Shown here: positions 62,186 through 64,000 of the stretch, piece by piece | How the letters are laid out: every line of letters starts with the position of its first letter | Position numbering within the stretch: position 1 is the stretch's first letter | NCBI GenBank assembly: GCA_977017645.1 | Contig: OZ360239.1 | Coordinates: 56,110,001-56,174,000, forward strand | DNA: 64,000 bases | Source of the DNA: Torpedo marmorata | Taxonomy: Eukaryota | Reading direction: 5' to 3' | Made by a program: the position numbers and the translations under genes | Notes under the pieces: model-generated | What the model saw: only the letters and a program-made list of their open reading frames with translations | Told to the model about the DNA's origin: nothing | Database searches by the model: none

Positions 62186-62994
62186 TCTAAATGTTTCAAT
62201 GAGATGAAGAAAACAGTGATATACAATCCAGTTTCCAGGCATGAGTGTATTAGTTTTCAGCAATCTATTGATTCCTATATTTGTCCTCCTCATTATTTTT
62301 TTTAGCTTCACGTACTTCCAAATTGGGCAGTTTTATTTCTACATAAAATTGGCTTGTTTGAACATTAGTTATTGAAGTAATTTATTCTAAATCAGTTTGA
62401 ACCCAAGACCAGACACAACACAGTTTTCTGATGCTATCTGCAGTGGATTCATAATTAAAAACATAGTGCGTGCAAATTCACTGACACTAAACAATATTGG
62501 TATTGATACAGCAGAGCTGCTGAGCAGTGTACGCACACAGAGGAGAGTTTCCCCTCACTTCAAATGCAGGTGCAGAAATCCTGATAACTTTCTGCTGAGA
62601 ACAGATTTATGGAGTATGGTTCACAAATTGACTAACAATAAACCTTTTGTTCCAGGCAAATAGATCTTATTCTGCAAAAAAAAGCATAAAACTATGCTTT
62701 ATTCTGTGCAAATGGAGTGCAAAAGGACTGCATCAGCTAAGTTCATTTAAATACTGTGGCTGCCAGTAAAACAAGACTGCAGAACTTGTTTCCCAATTTA
62801 TAAGGCTTTCCTTCCTTCTCTCCTCACCCCCTTGCACCCCCCACCCCATCACATTTTCTTTTTTAACTTGAAGTTTTTCTGTCAGGAGAGAATGGTTGGC
62901 AACTCTGAACAGAGTGGAGGTTGCAGTGTTGTACTTCTGAGGAAACTGTTGAATTGAGCCATTGTTTTCGTGAGATAGCATACATATTTCACTG

Positions 62995-63361
62995 GACAGG
63001 GGGGACGGGGCGTAAAAAGGCACCTTGTGTGTGAATGCTGTCAGATCGTTGGAAGCGAATAAAATGCGAACAAGGTCCAGGCAACCCAGTGCAAATCGCT
63101 ATTCAAAACCCCTCGCAAGTGGAGTTAGCTCAGACATTCCAAAGTTCTGACACAGCCCAGGGAACTCTGCTTCACAGCTTATCTGAGGTTAGCCTGGTAT
63201 TTCACATGCTGAATCTGCCGCTGAACTTTCACTCACTGTAGCACAATGGCTGCAGCTCAGTCTGCCTAGTATTGTCTGTAACGGGCAGGGCAGTCATCTC
63301 TGGACAGAGGCACATAGCAGCCAGCAGCTTGTGTGAACTGGGATGCAGCTGGAAGGTAAGT
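62995..63361 (+). promoter_or_regulatory. Candidate promoter plus non-coding exon ending in a consensus donor
   Basis: GC box ggggacggggcg at 63001, taaaaa at 63013, GAAG|GTAAGT with the intron starting at 63356; no TE similarity noticed. Confidence 0.3.
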
Positions 63362-64000
63362 GAAGAGAAGGCTCATGCATGATGCTTCTGAAGGGATCAT
63401 GGGTAAATAAGATGACTTGGGATGGAACTTCATAATGTTCTTGGATTTTGGACACTTGATTGTTGATGCTGACTGCAAGTTAAATGAATCTAGATATATG
63501 CACAAAAAGACCTTCTGGATTTTTTAAAACTAAAGAAGGTTTTTCAGTGAGGCATCTATTTAATTAATATTGTTTGTCAGAGAAAAATTGTAGACTACCA
63601 ATGCTCAGAATTGTAGCACCTAATTCCAGTGCACCAATTACTTTGAATAATACAAGAGTTTGACACACAGTAATCCATATACCGGTACTTCACCACAGGT
63701 ACTATGCATTTTACACTAATAGTTGTTTAATTGAGCCACTTTTCTTACAGTACCACTGGTTTCTTTATGTCACTTGAAAGTTTATAGGATGAATTTTTTT
63801 AAACTACAATTGCAGATTTTTCGCTTGCTGTTCTTATCAAACCACAGCATTACTTGGAGTGACTTTGGAGCACTTATCAGGATGTATGAAAAATGTCTCA
63901 TTATTGCCCTCCCCTTTCCCCAATTTTGACTGCTTAACTGCAGAAGCGATAGAAAAAAATGTTTTTTCTTCATTCTTCGGGTAAGATGTTCACATTAAAT

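Noticed and set aside
51585-63973. PLCE1 coding exons
   Set aside because: No ORF here resembles phospholipase C epsilon; only non-coding candidates can be suggested

Overview
Vertebrate genomic DNA, most likely a cartilaginous fish (inferred from HE1-like V-SINEs, a SacSINE1-like DeuSINE and the LINE/Penelope families present). The only host coding sequence I can support is the last exon of SLC35G1 (2207-2963, +), preceded by the 3' end of a Ty3/Gypsy element in its presumed last intron. The remaining ~60 kb is non-coding and transposon-rich: several Rex1/Babar-type LINE subfamilies with different microsatellite tails, CR1 LINEs, Penelope-like elements (PLEs) with GIY-YIG/RT remnants and minimal hammerhead ribozymes, pogo, Tc1, hAT and PIF/Harbinger-type DNA elements, SINEs and a solo LTR, often nested. 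Most short ORFs in the track are TE fragments or noise. Best candidates for something undescribed: (i) 160-230 bp TSD-flanked fold-back Penelope mini-insertions whose turn-around point lies at or beside the hammerhead ribozyme, plus a family-wide C3U ribozyme core with a covarying stem I; (ii) an ~810 bp GC-rich non-autonomous retroelement with a YY1-type head and a Rex1 tail; (iii) an apparent ~285 bp target-site duplication around a truncated Rex1 copy. Two candidate promoter/non-coding exon regions (~51.2-51.7 kb, ~63.0-63.36 kb) may belong to the next gene (PLCE1 by human synteny; unverified). All coordinates were read by eye; family names come from motif recognition, not database searches.
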